A stretch of DNA of 64,000 bases. It comes from Octopus sinensis. Its lineage: Eukaryota. Of the stretch, positions 1 to 12,300 are shown piece by piece; the stretch's first letter is position 1, and each line of letters starts with the position of its first letter. The notes under the pieces are model-generated. The model worked only from the letters and a program-made list of their open reading frames with translations, ran no database searches and was not told the DNA's origin. The stretch lies in contig NC_042997.1 in NCBI RefSeq assembly GCF_006345805.1, positions 163,556,001 to 163,620,000 on the forward strand, written 5' to 3'. The position numbers and the translations under genes are program-made.

Positions 1-815
1 TTTGGGGTGGGTGTTATGAAAACAAAGGAGAAGAGATGGGGAAGAGTAATTTCAAGAATTAGTGTGAAGCAGAGCGGGGACAGAGTAAGTTGAGATGGTG
101 GACTCAGTGATGAGTAGGTGGATGGGTTGGATCAGTTTGTTTGCCATGACAGCTTAGGGTGGGCAGTTTATGAAGGTTGGATTTACAAAGGTTTATTGTT
201 GAAAGAGGGTTGTAAGAGACAAACTAACAGAGATATTGTTAGGGAAGCTGGTAATAAGGTGGAAAGTATTAGGTGGTTAGTGAGAGTTAGTTAGAATGAT
301 AGGTGGGAAGGGTTGAGTAAGAGAACATATAATGCTACCCCACATTATGTATGGATGGGTAAAGTGATGCATGAAGGAAAAATAAAATAGAAAAGGTTAA
401 TAGGTGGTATTAATGAGAGTCAAAGTGAAAAGGTGGTGGGAGGAAGTGGGGTTGAGTTGGAAGAGATGCAGTGTTACCCTACTTTTTGTATAAGTGGGTA
501 AATTGGTGCATGGAAAAGAGACAAGATAATGGTGAAGGGCCAGGGTATATCTCAGAGAGTATGCCAAGAGAATCAGGGCGGGTGAAGGTTGGTAGAGTGC
601 AATCCCCACTACTCAGGCTTCATGATTTGGGAGAAAAGAAGTGAGAGAGGTAGCGGAATATAGGTGATGGGGGTATGAGGAAGGGAGATATCCAGTATGC
701 ATAAATCAAGTACTCACCTCTCAGTCTGGTTGGCGGGGCACAGTGAGCAGAAGAGATGAAGGGCAGATGAGAGGGTACAGAATAGACAGTTGTTAAGAGG
801 ATAGATGGTGAGTGA
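1..815 (-). mobile_element. Ancient LINE remnant (also about 2470-2910)
   Basis: Strong purine skew, with fragments resembling an AP endonuclease (VLDLCIL; LLLTGT). Very decayed. Confidence 0.4.
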
Positions 816-1199
816 AACATCCTGCCTTGTTGCTTTCTTGTCTTTCACATGTCTTCTTTGCTGAAAGCCCATGTCTTGCTGCTGTGCAGCAATGCACTTT
901 GCATGCAAGCATAAAAAATTCTTCCCTTGATCAAGATGGATAAGCACTTTGTTGCTTGCAAAGATAGTAGCTTCCTGAACTTGTTCTTATTCTAGCTACT
1001 ACTCTTTTGCAACATTCACCTCCACTGCTAATTTCGTCACATAAGTAGCAAAAGCTGTCAACTGCTTCTAGAAGCTGATCGCCATTTGAGAGTATCTGTT
1101 TCCCAAGCACTCTTATGCTTACTGTCTCAGTACACCTGCTGCATATGAAATCTATTTTCTCTTTTAACCTGCCTTTGATGACACTACACCTTTTATGTG

Positions 1200-1468
1200 T
1201 CTATTGACTGGCTTCTGTGCCGGTGGCACGTAAAAAGCACCAACTGATTGGGGCCACTGCCAGCCTCCCCTGGCACCTGTGCCAGTGGTACGTAAAAAGC
1301 ACCCACTACACTCACGGAGTGGAATGGCATCCAGCTGTAGAAACACTGCCAGATCAGACTGGAGCCTGGTGCAGCCTCCTGGCTTCCCAGACCCTGGTCG
1401 AACCGTCCAACCCATGCTAGCATGGAAAACGGACGTTAGACGACGACGATGATGATGATGATGATGAT
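1200..1468 (+). mobile_element. Retroposon family C (RTE-type 3' end with (GAT)n tail)
   Basis: gtggcacgtaaaaagcacc...ggcatccagctgtagaaac...ccaacccatgctagcatggaaaacggacgtt followed by (GAT)n. Relatives at about 31670-31850(-), 32297-32490(-) and 60090-60303(+). Confidence 0.85.
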
Positions 1469-4400
1469 TGTTTATAATGTACTCACCTTACAGAATTTCT
1501 ACAAACTTTTTTATTGGAAGATTACAGTTATTTCCCTGATGATGAAAGTATTCTGACTTCCTTTGTTTTTGCTCAGTTTACTTTTAAGGACCTCCAATTT
1601 CATATTTTTATTTCTTAGTCTGGAACTTGTAAAATGATGATGATGATAAATATATTTATTATCGTGATGTTATAAACTCACATGAAATTAAATATATCTT
1701 CAAATTAGCTTAAAGATTTGAGCCCAAACACACATGCATGCTTTTTCTCTGTAATGATTCTTACCAGGAGCAGTTTCATTTTTGTTTCTTTGATGCTGTG
1801 TTTAATTCGTTTTGTAGTTCAACTTACGACACTTGAGATTAATAGCTTTGTGTATTAGTATTTACATTAAACTTTAAAGGCAACAGTTATTCCTGTTTAA
1901 CATCAAAATGGTAGCCACATGCAATAAGTTATTATCTTCCATTTTTGAAATTTTTTCAGTGTTTTATCTGGATTAAATATTTTAAAGATTAATTACAATA
2001 CTGCAAAGAAAAAATTTGGTTGAAAGTTAGATTTTGGAGTTAGGTTTAATGTTGGGTAAGAGTTTAGGCTTAGGTTTACACAGAGAGGGAAAATAATTAA
2101 AAAAGGTGATTGAACTTCTGAATTTTTTTTCCACACAATCATAATCTTCAGTATTTAAAGCAGAAGATTTAAAAAATATTTTCCTAAATAAATGCAAAAG
2201 GTACAAGGAAGGGAAATATTTATTACAATTCAAACATATATTTTATATCAATATACATTTCATATACCATTTAGTATATACAGTATCTAAATTCAAGCCA
2301 TTAATTTCATAGTGTGAAAATACAATAAACTGACAAGCTTATGAAGCATTTCCTAGCAATCTTTCAAACCTTGTATTCCCAAATTATCTTTCAGATTCAA
2401 ATATACAATATAGCTGGTCATTTTTGATAAAAATGAGAAAGGATGCTGTTCTTTGAAAAACACTCCTTTGCTTAATAGCTGGTGTTGAGGGATAAGTAGG
2501 GGAGAGTAGATGACAATGGTAGAAATTTAGGTAGGGTTGTGAAGGGTGGGAGAGTGTCCAATGATACATATGAATTGCTGAGAGGTGGGGGGGGTAGGGA
2601 ATGACTGGCAGTATACAAAAAGGAAGGGTGAAGAGCAGTAGAATAGCAATAATATTAGTATTATTGTTGAAGGGGATGAGAGAAAGAGCAGAAGATGATG
2701 TGTGGTTGTGAGTGATCAATGTAAAAAGTGAGTGGCGAGGACAGTATTTAAGAATGAAGGATGGATAACAAGTGACATGGTTCCAGTTAGTAAAAGCTGG
2801 GGAAGTATGTTGTTCAGCTCACATTTAATTACACTAACAGAACTGTAGTTAGTGAGAAGATGGGTGGTGAGAATGTCTTGAGGAGGAAACTGGATGGGCA
2901 GGGGTATTTTGGTATTGTGTTTGTGTATACACCCACATACATACACACTCACACAGTCAAATGATGCTTAGCAGGTTGAAACTTTGAAGTCACTATTAAT
3001 ATTTGTCTTGGTAAAGAACAGTGTATTCTACAAAAAGTATGGAGTAATCCTTCAAGTTAATATAAAACTGTTTTCTTTATAACAAGTGGCTGCGCGCGCA
3101 CACACAGACACACACACACACATTGTGCTTTCAAAAACTTAGTTTTGTCAAGATGGGTAGGTTGTCTTGAAAACTGCATACTGCTTGTCATCTTGGTCCT
3201 TTGTCATCACCTCCATGAGATTTAAGGCCCTGAGATTAACCTTCACCACTTCATCTCATGTCTTCCTGGGTCTCCATCTTTCACAAGTGACTGGCACTTC
3301 TTTATACAGCTGTTCTCATCCATATGCAGACTATTCAAGTGCAGTTTCCTTTCCTGCACACTGCATATAATTTCTGTTATGCCTAGATTTTCTCAATGTA
3401 TTTATCCTTTGTCATTAATATACACTTACACTGCATTTCCAACAGAACATGCCAGTTTCATTTCTTTTCAGTTTTCTTATTCTCTGCATTCATGGCCCAT
3501 ACCTCACAGCTTTGTAGCATCACAGTTCTGTCACAAATGTCATACAATCTGCCTCTACCAATGTTAGCATCCCCCTTGTGAAGAATATATTATAAAATGG
3601 TTATATTTTAACATAGATAATATATATTTTGTCATTTGAAAGTCTACACTTTGAAATAGCATATTTGACAAAGGTGTTTTTGCATTATTGAAAAAGAGTA
3701 CCTCCTATTCCTCTTGTTTGTTCTTTCTTGTATGTTAAACTTTGGAATGAGACTTTGAAAAATCGTGTTGCTTGGCTTTGATTGCATATCATTCCCATTA
3801 ACAAATTAGAGAATAATTGGCAGTAGTTCAGGGCTCTGACATTGGTTATTTGTTAGGGGAATGTTTTGTTTGCAATCTTTTCAGTTGGGAGCTAAGGCCT
3901 CTCAGTAAGAAGCAATAATTTAACCTATTCAAAATGAAGGATTTCCAGAAAGTCAACATTGCTGTTGGATCTCTCATAGTAAAAGTTCTTAGTGTTTTAT
4001 TTTGTTGGTTTTGGCAGGTTGTTGACAGTCTGTAAATATATTTTAAGATCCATGTGTAGATATATTAACACCAAAGTTGCACTTATGTTCAGAATTTTGA
4101 ATTGTTTCTTTGTTTGAAGTAAGGTAAAACATCTTGTTAGTGATTTTCTGCCCATCACAATGTCTCATGGTTTAAAGTTAAAAAAGAAATATGTACTTGG
4201 TTTTATTACTTCATGAAAAAACAGACAAATTTTTTTCAGATTAGAGATAAAAATGATTGTGCTAGATACAATCACAAACGATTTTCAGCTCTTCAAATTT
4301 TAGCAAAAATATCAAATGCAGCTGGAAATACTTCCTTTTTCAATGTCAATAAGTGTCACTGCGTTTACTCATGTCAAAAATGAAAAGAAAAAAAAAAAAA

Positions 4401-5011
4401 GGATAAAGAAAGAGAAGAAAAAAGAATTGCAAACAGAACAAGCATGAATAATATGGTTTATGAGTGAGTTGACTGATTGTCAAATATCAACATATTGTAG
4501 TCTTTCAGCCTGACCAGTTAGGTGTTTTGTTTGATAAGTACTTAAACAGCTGTGTCAGCGTCAACTGCAACAATTGGCATTTACAGACCATATAAATAGA
4601 AGAACGATTTCTTTTTAAACATAAAATATAAATTTAAGGCAAACTTTAAAAACTTTTATTGATTGTAGATCATACATAAAAAGATGTTTAAGAGTCCTTT
4701 TTGTTTAATCCTATAAAACAGCTCTTATCTAGTAGAGATGTAAAAATGACTTAATGGCAGGTGTTTCTGTACAACTTTGGCTATCATGTTTATTGGCAAA
4801 CATGGTAGAATTTTGTGTTTGTTCAATTCTGGTGATTTACTTTGTTGCTACTCATGATTTCTTATCTTTCAGTGACACCTTGAAGATCACAATATGTATT
4901 TAACACCTTTTATCTTGTCTGTCAAACAAAAGGTATGTGTGTCTGTACACACACACATGCATGCATATTCATATATATATATATAATTACAAATTGAGAT
5001 AGGGGTTGTGA

Positions 5012-5012
<1 letters not shown>

Positions 5013-5077
<65 letters not shown>
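5013..5077. repeat. Compound (TA)n(GA)n microsatellite
   Basis: Directly visible. Others at 12890, 13087, 18834-18886, 20745, 21808-21840, 22105-22131, 22699-22723 and 60053-60092. Confidence 0.95.
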
Positions 5078-5082
<5 letters not shown>

Positions 5083-7376
5083 GACATACAGACTGATAGA
5101 TAGACACATGTTGATTTTGTTATGTATTCACATTATTTGTAACAGAACTGCCATTGATATTGGTTTACTGGAAGGATTCTTGGAATGTAAAGTAAATCAT
5201 ACTTTGTCTAGGAAGTATATATTGAATTCTGTTGAGTGTTGTTTGGAGAGGGTATTGACCATGCTATTTGCAAGGAGCTGGTGAGGTAGAGCTGTCATTA
5301 TAAAAAAGTACAGCATCATAGAAAACAATTCTGTATTTTAAGTGGTAGGTATTGTTAGTTATTATTATAAGTAGGTATTATAAGTGGTTGGATATATTTC
5401 TGTGTTTATGTTTGTTTTAATGAGTTGTCTGATACTCATATCAATGAAAATAGCATTCAGCATTTAGTGAATTTTGTGGTAATATTTTTACTTATATTTC
5501 GAGGGGGCTCAGCTTAGCTTTCCAAAACATTCAGTCTCTCTACTCCAATATTATAAGTACAGTTTTTCTAGTTAATTTACCTCCTTTGACTTACTTCCTA
5601 TTTCTCACACGCATATACAATTGATACTAAGTTGTTAGTAATAGGGATCATGAGTGCTAAATTATTGTTTTATTGCAGCACAGTTGTGAGGTTCAGGTAC
5701 TGGATTTCTTACTTAGAAATTATGATTTCAAACCTTACCATAGCTGTATTATTTACTCTTTGTGAGAACTTGCATGGGATAATAAATGTATAGTACATGC
5801 ATGGATTAAGCTAGTTGAGTGCATATAGTTTTGGATGACTAGCTCATAAACCTTGAGTTTTACATATTTCAATTTATTTAAGTATAAATATTAGATTATC
5901 TGGGAATGTTTTCTGAGAAAGACTGATGTTTTGTCTCATACTCTCTTAATGTCAAAAAGTGCAGTGTAGTTGTGTGCTTGATATTCAGAACTACACATAA
6001 AGTTATGAGATTTAAAGAAAGAAATCAAGAATAAGTGGTGAGAAGAATGAAGCAAAGTGAAAGTTTGCAAGTTCAGAAGAACTATGAATTTGAGCAGCAG
6101 TTGAAGCTAAGGCACAGTTGAAGTTGCCTAAAGAATTGAACATTTCAATAAAAAAATGGTAAAGTTGGTTTCTGGGTAATATTCTATTATTGTTTAGTCT
6201 CAGGTCAATTATGATCAATAGCGTTCACCTGTGACCATTCCATCTTTTATTCAGATATAGTGTGTTGAAGACCACTGTATCTTTATTACCTGGGACCAAT
6301 GTATCCATATTTCTTTTGACATGGCCTGAAAATCTAGTTAGTATTTCTAGCCAGTTGTGTGATAATGGAAAGCTTCTTCATAGAATTCATCCAGGTGATG
6401 ATGTTAGGGGAGATAGAGAGTCCTGCATTTCTTGAGTTGCCTCTATGTTGGGAATTGTTCATAGGAAGTAGGTTTATGATGCTGTCTGTTCTCTTGAAAA
6501 AATGTTCTGTTATTAATATCTAGCTCTAAAAGCTTCATTGGACTATATGAAAGCTGGTATTGACAAAATGTGTAAATCTGGCGGAAACTACTTATTTCTG
6601 TAGAGTACAAGATGTCACACTTAACAGAGGCAAAGCAGTGAGAGTTGTGATCATCGCTAAATAATTAGTGGTTATTGACTCAAAGAAAATCAAGCACATG
6701 AAGGATATGAGAACTTATTAGTAAAAGAGTTTTAAGTTTAGATATTTTTTTTTCTTGTTGCATCAAAAAACTGGTTGTAAAAAGATTGTTAGAACCTTGA
6801 TGTTATGGTTCCTTCACATAGATGATTTCAAGAGAAAGGAGAAATAACCCCAGTACTTGATGAGTACTTTATTGGCCTTGAAAGGATAAAATGCAAAGTT
6901 GGCTTCAGGGGAATTTGAGCTCAAAATACAAAGATTTAGAATAAATACAAGGCATTCTTTTCTTGATTCTCTTAATGACTCTGCCAGTTGCTGCCTTTTA
7001 AATTTATTACTTTTTACTATAATAATTTATTGGAAGGATGTTTGATCAGCTAGTTTGCATGCTGCTAGTTGCTGATGGCTTTACTAATATATCATGAATG
7101 TGGGGCATTTTCAAATTTACTGACATGAATATAAAAACTAGGTTAAAAATATGGTAAAATGAGGTGCATCATTAGATAAGGTGTTTTGTTTATCTACTTC
7201 AGTGCCTGAGGAAATGTTTCAAAAGATTAACTAAACGAAAATATCTAAGATGTGTTCAACATCTAATATCCAATACACCGATACACAGTGTTGCTCAAAA
7301 GAAAATGCAAGAAACAGTTATTTTTAAATTGTATCATAGAATTTTATTAGTTGTTTGGAGCAATACAGCCAATTCT

Positions 7377-8070
7377 TATGTTCTGAGTTCAAATTCCAAC
7401 TTCGCCTTTCATCCTTTCAGGATCAATAAATCAAATACCAGTTGCATACTGTAGTCGATCTAATCGACTGGCCCCACTTTCCAAAAATTTCGGGCCTTGT
7501 GCCTAGAGTAGAAAAGAGTATCCTTTCATCCTTTCAGGATCGATAAATTAAGTACCAGTTGCGTACTAGGGATCGGTCTAATTGACTGGCCCCCTCCCCC
7601 CAAATTTCGGGCCTTATGCCTAGAGTAGTGAAGAATATTCGAAGGCGGCGAGCTGGCAGAAACGTTAGCACGCGGGGCGAAATGCTTAGCGGTATTTCGT
7701 CTGCCGCTACGTTCTGAGTTCAAATTCCGCCGAGGTTGACTTTGTCTTTCAGCCTTTTGGGGTCGATTAAATAAGTACCAGTTACGCACTGGGGTCGATA
7801 TAATAGACTTAATCCGTTTGTCTATCCTTGTTTGTCCCCTCTATGTGTAGCCCCTTGTGGGCAATAAAGTAATGAGAAACGTTAGCACGCCGGGCGAAAT
7901 GCGTAGCCGTATTTCGTCTGCAGTTACGTTCTGAGTTCAAATTCCGCCGAGGTTGACTTTGCCTTTCAGGATCGATAAATTAAGTACCAGTTGCGTACTG
8001 GAGTCGACCTAATCGACTGGCCCCCTTCCTCCAAAATTTCGGGCTTTGTGCCTAGAGTAGAAAAGAAAAG
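7377..8070 (+). mobile_element. Four head-to-tail units of tRNA-derived SINE family A
   Basis: Repeated gttctgagttcaaattcc...gcctttcatcctttc...gtcgat(a/t)aa...gtaccagtt core, which resembles the Nin/Deu SINE domain from memory. Units at about 7377-7519, 7520-7639, 7641-7875 and 7876-8070. Confidence 0.9.
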
Positions 8071-8379
8071 AATACAGCTAATTCTGAAATAGTTAAAAAT
8101 TTCTTTTCGAATTAAATCATAGGAGTAAATAAGAATGGGAAATGATTATATTTAAACTTTTCTTTTCATTGTATACTATTATTATTATGTAGGTAGAATA
8201 AAATAATAGTGGGACTATTATAATTGCAAAATCAAGTAACGATAAGTTTTTTATGAATGTAAAACAAATTTTAAAATGATTGTAAAATATCTCTGCATTG
8301 GCAAGTTTTATTTAATTTTACTTTACTCATCCTAACTTATAAATATTCTAGAAAGCAGGGAAGTTATGTAGCCAGAAAC

Positions 8380-9300
8380 ACGTCCCTTTGACTATGTAAC
8401 TATGTAAACTGTCAATATTGTCCCCTTTCCACATTGTTTTTTAAAGAAATGTCATCCACTTAAACCTCATCGTACTTCGTTAATAAACGATGCACGAAAA
8501 GAAAACCCGTTAAAAGATCACTCTATAAATTGTGTAGATATCTTCCCAGTTATTCGTGTTTTAATTTTAATTGTTTCGTTAATATTTATCAACATTATCA
8601 GTTCATTAGAAGTTATTTTTCCTCCCCCAGGTTTCGGTTTCGTAAATATTTACACTTTTTTTCTTGTTTATTCTGTATTTTCCATTACCCACTCGTAAAA
8701 CGTTCTCAGGTGTACATGATTAGATGTATGAAGTTTTATCAAGTTGTTCGCATTACCTTTTTTCGGTGCTTGTATAATTTGTATCTCAAGTGAGTAATTA
8801 ATTATATTTTTCGTAGTATTAATTAATATTGTTTTTTATCGAATTAGTCAATGTCTTATTTTTTCTTGCTATTTTGTAAATATTTCAAGCTAAATGTTGA
8901 GACCTTACTTGGGAAAGCAATTATTATTTCATGAACATGTTTTCTCTTAAGTTTTAAAATTCGGCTTGATTCGTTGCATGATTAAATATATCTACTTTGG
9001 ATAAGATAAGTGAAAATTCGTTCGATCGTAACTGTAAACTAGTATATTTAATCTATTCACCTCATTAAAATATCTATTTTGTTATTACTTAATTGCTCAT
9101 AAATATTTATTTTATAAGCCAAGCACACACACAAGGAATTCTCTCTATCTCCCCTCCTTTTTCTCAATTACGCGCGCGCACACTAACTCCTTTTTCCTGC
9201 TTGTCTGAACGTCTCATATAGTTGCTCCAGGCAAAACTAGATTTGACCCTGACTTATTTTTTATGTTAATTTTAATTCCCATACTAACACTCCGTGTTTT
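8380..9300 (+). promoter_or_regulatory. CpG-retaining putative promoter and first exon ending at 8789
   Basis: About 25-30 CpG by eye in 0.9 kb of AT-rich unique DNA, versus about 4 in 14041-16000. TATAAA at 8524, Inr-like TCAGTT near 8598, donor AA|gtgagt at 8790. Confidence 0.55.
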
Positions 9301-12300
9301 TTGTGTGTGCTTTAAATTTCAGCAATATACTATTTCTTTCCTTTTCTCTGTCCTGAGATCAGAGGTATTCCAGCTGTGACTATCCTGCCTTTTTAGAGAG
9401 ATATAGGATTACATTATCTACATAATGTCTTTTTTTTGTTGTTTAAAAGAGAAGGATGTGATTTAAGGGAAATTTGGCTGTTATTTGTAGTTTGGTGAAC
9501 GACCATGTAGAGCTTCCCTAGTTGGTTCGTTAGCCTTTTTTTTTTAATTTACAAAAGGGTGCAAGCGGCTGATGGTTGAATCAACAGGTCGGACTTCCAG
9601 CGGTAGCAGGGGTGATGATTCTATCTCGTTACCAGTACTAAACTCTTACCGTGGAAAAAGCGCAGCCCACCTTGTTAGATGTAGACACAGATCCACGATG
9701 TATGCAGTGTAATTTTCAACAGAAGAACTGAAATCTATGAATTTTATTTCAAAATATTCTGAGACTAGCAAAATTACCAAAATTCAATATTATATTAACC
9801 GTCAATAATTATATTATATATTTTTTGTGTCGGTCATTAGACTGCGACCATGCTGGGGTACCGCCTTGGAGAATTTTTTAATCGAATGAATTGACCCCAT
9901 CACTTATTATTTTAAGCCCCGTACTTATTCTATCGATCTGTTTTGCCGAACTGTTAAATTACAGGTACGGAAACACATCAGCACCGGTTGTCAAGCGGTG
10001 GAAGGGGGAAACACTGACACAAAGACACGCACGCACACACAACGGGGTTCTTTCAGTTTCTGTCTACAAAATCTACTCACGAAGCTCTAGTCAGCCCGAG
10101 GCAATAGTAGACGACAATTGCCCAAGATATCACGCCTGTATTATTTAAAAATAATTTGCAGGAAGCTGCTTAAATTCCATCAAAGCCTTCAATCTAACAC
10201 ACCAACTAGGGAACCTCAACATGGTCATTCACCAAACTACAAATAACAGCCAAATTTCCCTCAAATTACATTCTTCTCTTTTAAACAAAGAAAGACTTTA
10301 TGTAGATAATGTAATCCTTGAGTAACAGTCAACTGGAATCAATTTAACTGACTATATTTTCCCTCTAAATTGTAAAGCATTATGCCAGTGTTAGAAATTA
10401 AATATTTATTATACTAGAAATATATCTAAGTTATTTAAAATTTTGTTTTAGAGTTAAAATTTTGCATTGATTTTGTATATAATTCTATATACTAGAAATG
10501 GGTAGATGATTGAAGGATTAGTTAAAAAAAATAATGGAAGAAAAAATCCACCCAAATCTGTGAGAGGCTGTACTCAGAGTCTATATAGCATAGATAAAAT
10601 GCCTTTCCATGGTTGCATGACCTGCTAAATTTTCTCAAATGACACTATCCAGAAATAAAAGTCGGGGCAGGATACCTTGGATAGTGTAGCACTAGATATA
10701 TAAAAGATGGGATGTTCATGGCTGAATAGCCTTTGATGATACATTTTCTTGTCAGGATGACATGGGCACCAAACAACGCTAATTGTAAAACAATGTCCAA
10801 TGATGACAGTGTCACTGAATAGGAAGAAACTTGTCTTTGAAACCTCACATATTTAGCAACAGGAACTTTCTCACCTATAATTGATTATTTGTGCAGGATT
10901 GGATTCAAATTGGTTATGTTTGTATTATTTTCACAGACATGTGAAATAACAATGTGTCTATTGCAGAGAAGTTGGAAAACTGTATTCAATACAATGTAAC
11001 AATAATGTTAAAAAAAAACTGTATTCAATACAATGTAAACAAATGTGGTAACATAAAAACAAAATCTATGTAACATGTGGAAGTCATTGCACATTCTTAG
11101 AATTTAATAGAATTTGGGAATGGACTATTGCTAAAAATGAATGAAATAAGATAAACTTTTGGAAGATGCATCTAAAAAAAAATTGTCAAGATAAGTATTG
11201 CTAATCTGTTTTCTTAGTAGAGCTGGTTTCTTCAGTATGAGAAAAAAAATTTGTTAAAAATAGAGAAAGCAACCAACAATACCAATGGTTAAACTGTCTC
11301 AGTAACCATTCTCTGGTGGCAAGCAGCAGCTTATTTCTGTTGGCTGGATTTCTTCACAGCAAATTGTACTTGCTTATGGATGAGTGCACTGTTGTTATTG
11401 TAAGAGATGTCAACAGGAATACTGGATGGTGTGAAATCAAAGGACAAAGACAGCTAGAAGCAGATGTCTCTGATATGCTAGTAGAAAAGAGACAGGATGT
11501 GACTCTTATTTATTTTATATTGTAATTAATGAACAATAATAGTTTTGCTTATGTATATTGAATGGGGCAATTACTAGTTCACTGCATTTCAGATGGTGAG
11601 AACAACAAAACAGTATCTTAAACTTGGTGCAAAACAAATATTGCAAAGGGCTTGGTTCATTTTGTTGTAGATGTTTACATCCTTCTCCAATAATTGTTTC
11701 AAACTTTGACACAAAGTCAGCAATTTTAAAGGGAGAAGCCAAGTTAATTACATTGACCCCAGCATTTGACTGGTACTTTATTTTATTGACCCTAAAAAGA
11801 TGAAAAAGGAAAGTCAACCTTGGTGAGATTCAAATTCAGAATGTAAAGAGTCAGAAGAAATGCCACTAAGCAATATGTCTGACATGCTAACGTTTCTGCC
11901 AGCTTGCTACCTTAATCCTTCTTCATAATAATCTGTGAATCTACAAGGCACTGGTCAATCTGAAGTATGTTAGAAGACATTTGCCTAAGCAATCAATGCT
12001 GTGTGTTGGTTAATGTAGTATTTCTCTTCATATCTCTTACAATTAAAAACATCTAGTATTTTTTTCTAATGAAATAATATACTATTTAAGAGGGATGATG
12101 AAACGACAAGCATGCTTTGTCTGTTTTAATAATTGCGGCTGAAATCTGTATTTGTTAGAGACGGCCTTGAGACTAGGTGGAGAATTTCTCTTAATGCTCA
12201 TACATAGTTTGTGAAAGGAAGAGTATCCAGTTATAAAAACCAAGCTGCAATCATATGAAGTGAAAGAGAACAAACATTACATTGGAAACGTTCCATTCTT

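Noticed and set aside
7377-8070. CRISPR-like or satellite array
   Set aside because: The units are SINE copies of unequal length with no repeat-spacer periodicity, and the DNA is eukaryotic.
9612-9731. Possible C/D box snoRNA (GTGATGA ... CTGA)
   Set aside because: No terminal stem and no recognisable rRNA antisense element; both boxes are common by chance.
10977-11038. Local duplication of aaaactgtattcaatacaatgtaa
   Set aside because: A short slippage-type duplication with no further structure.
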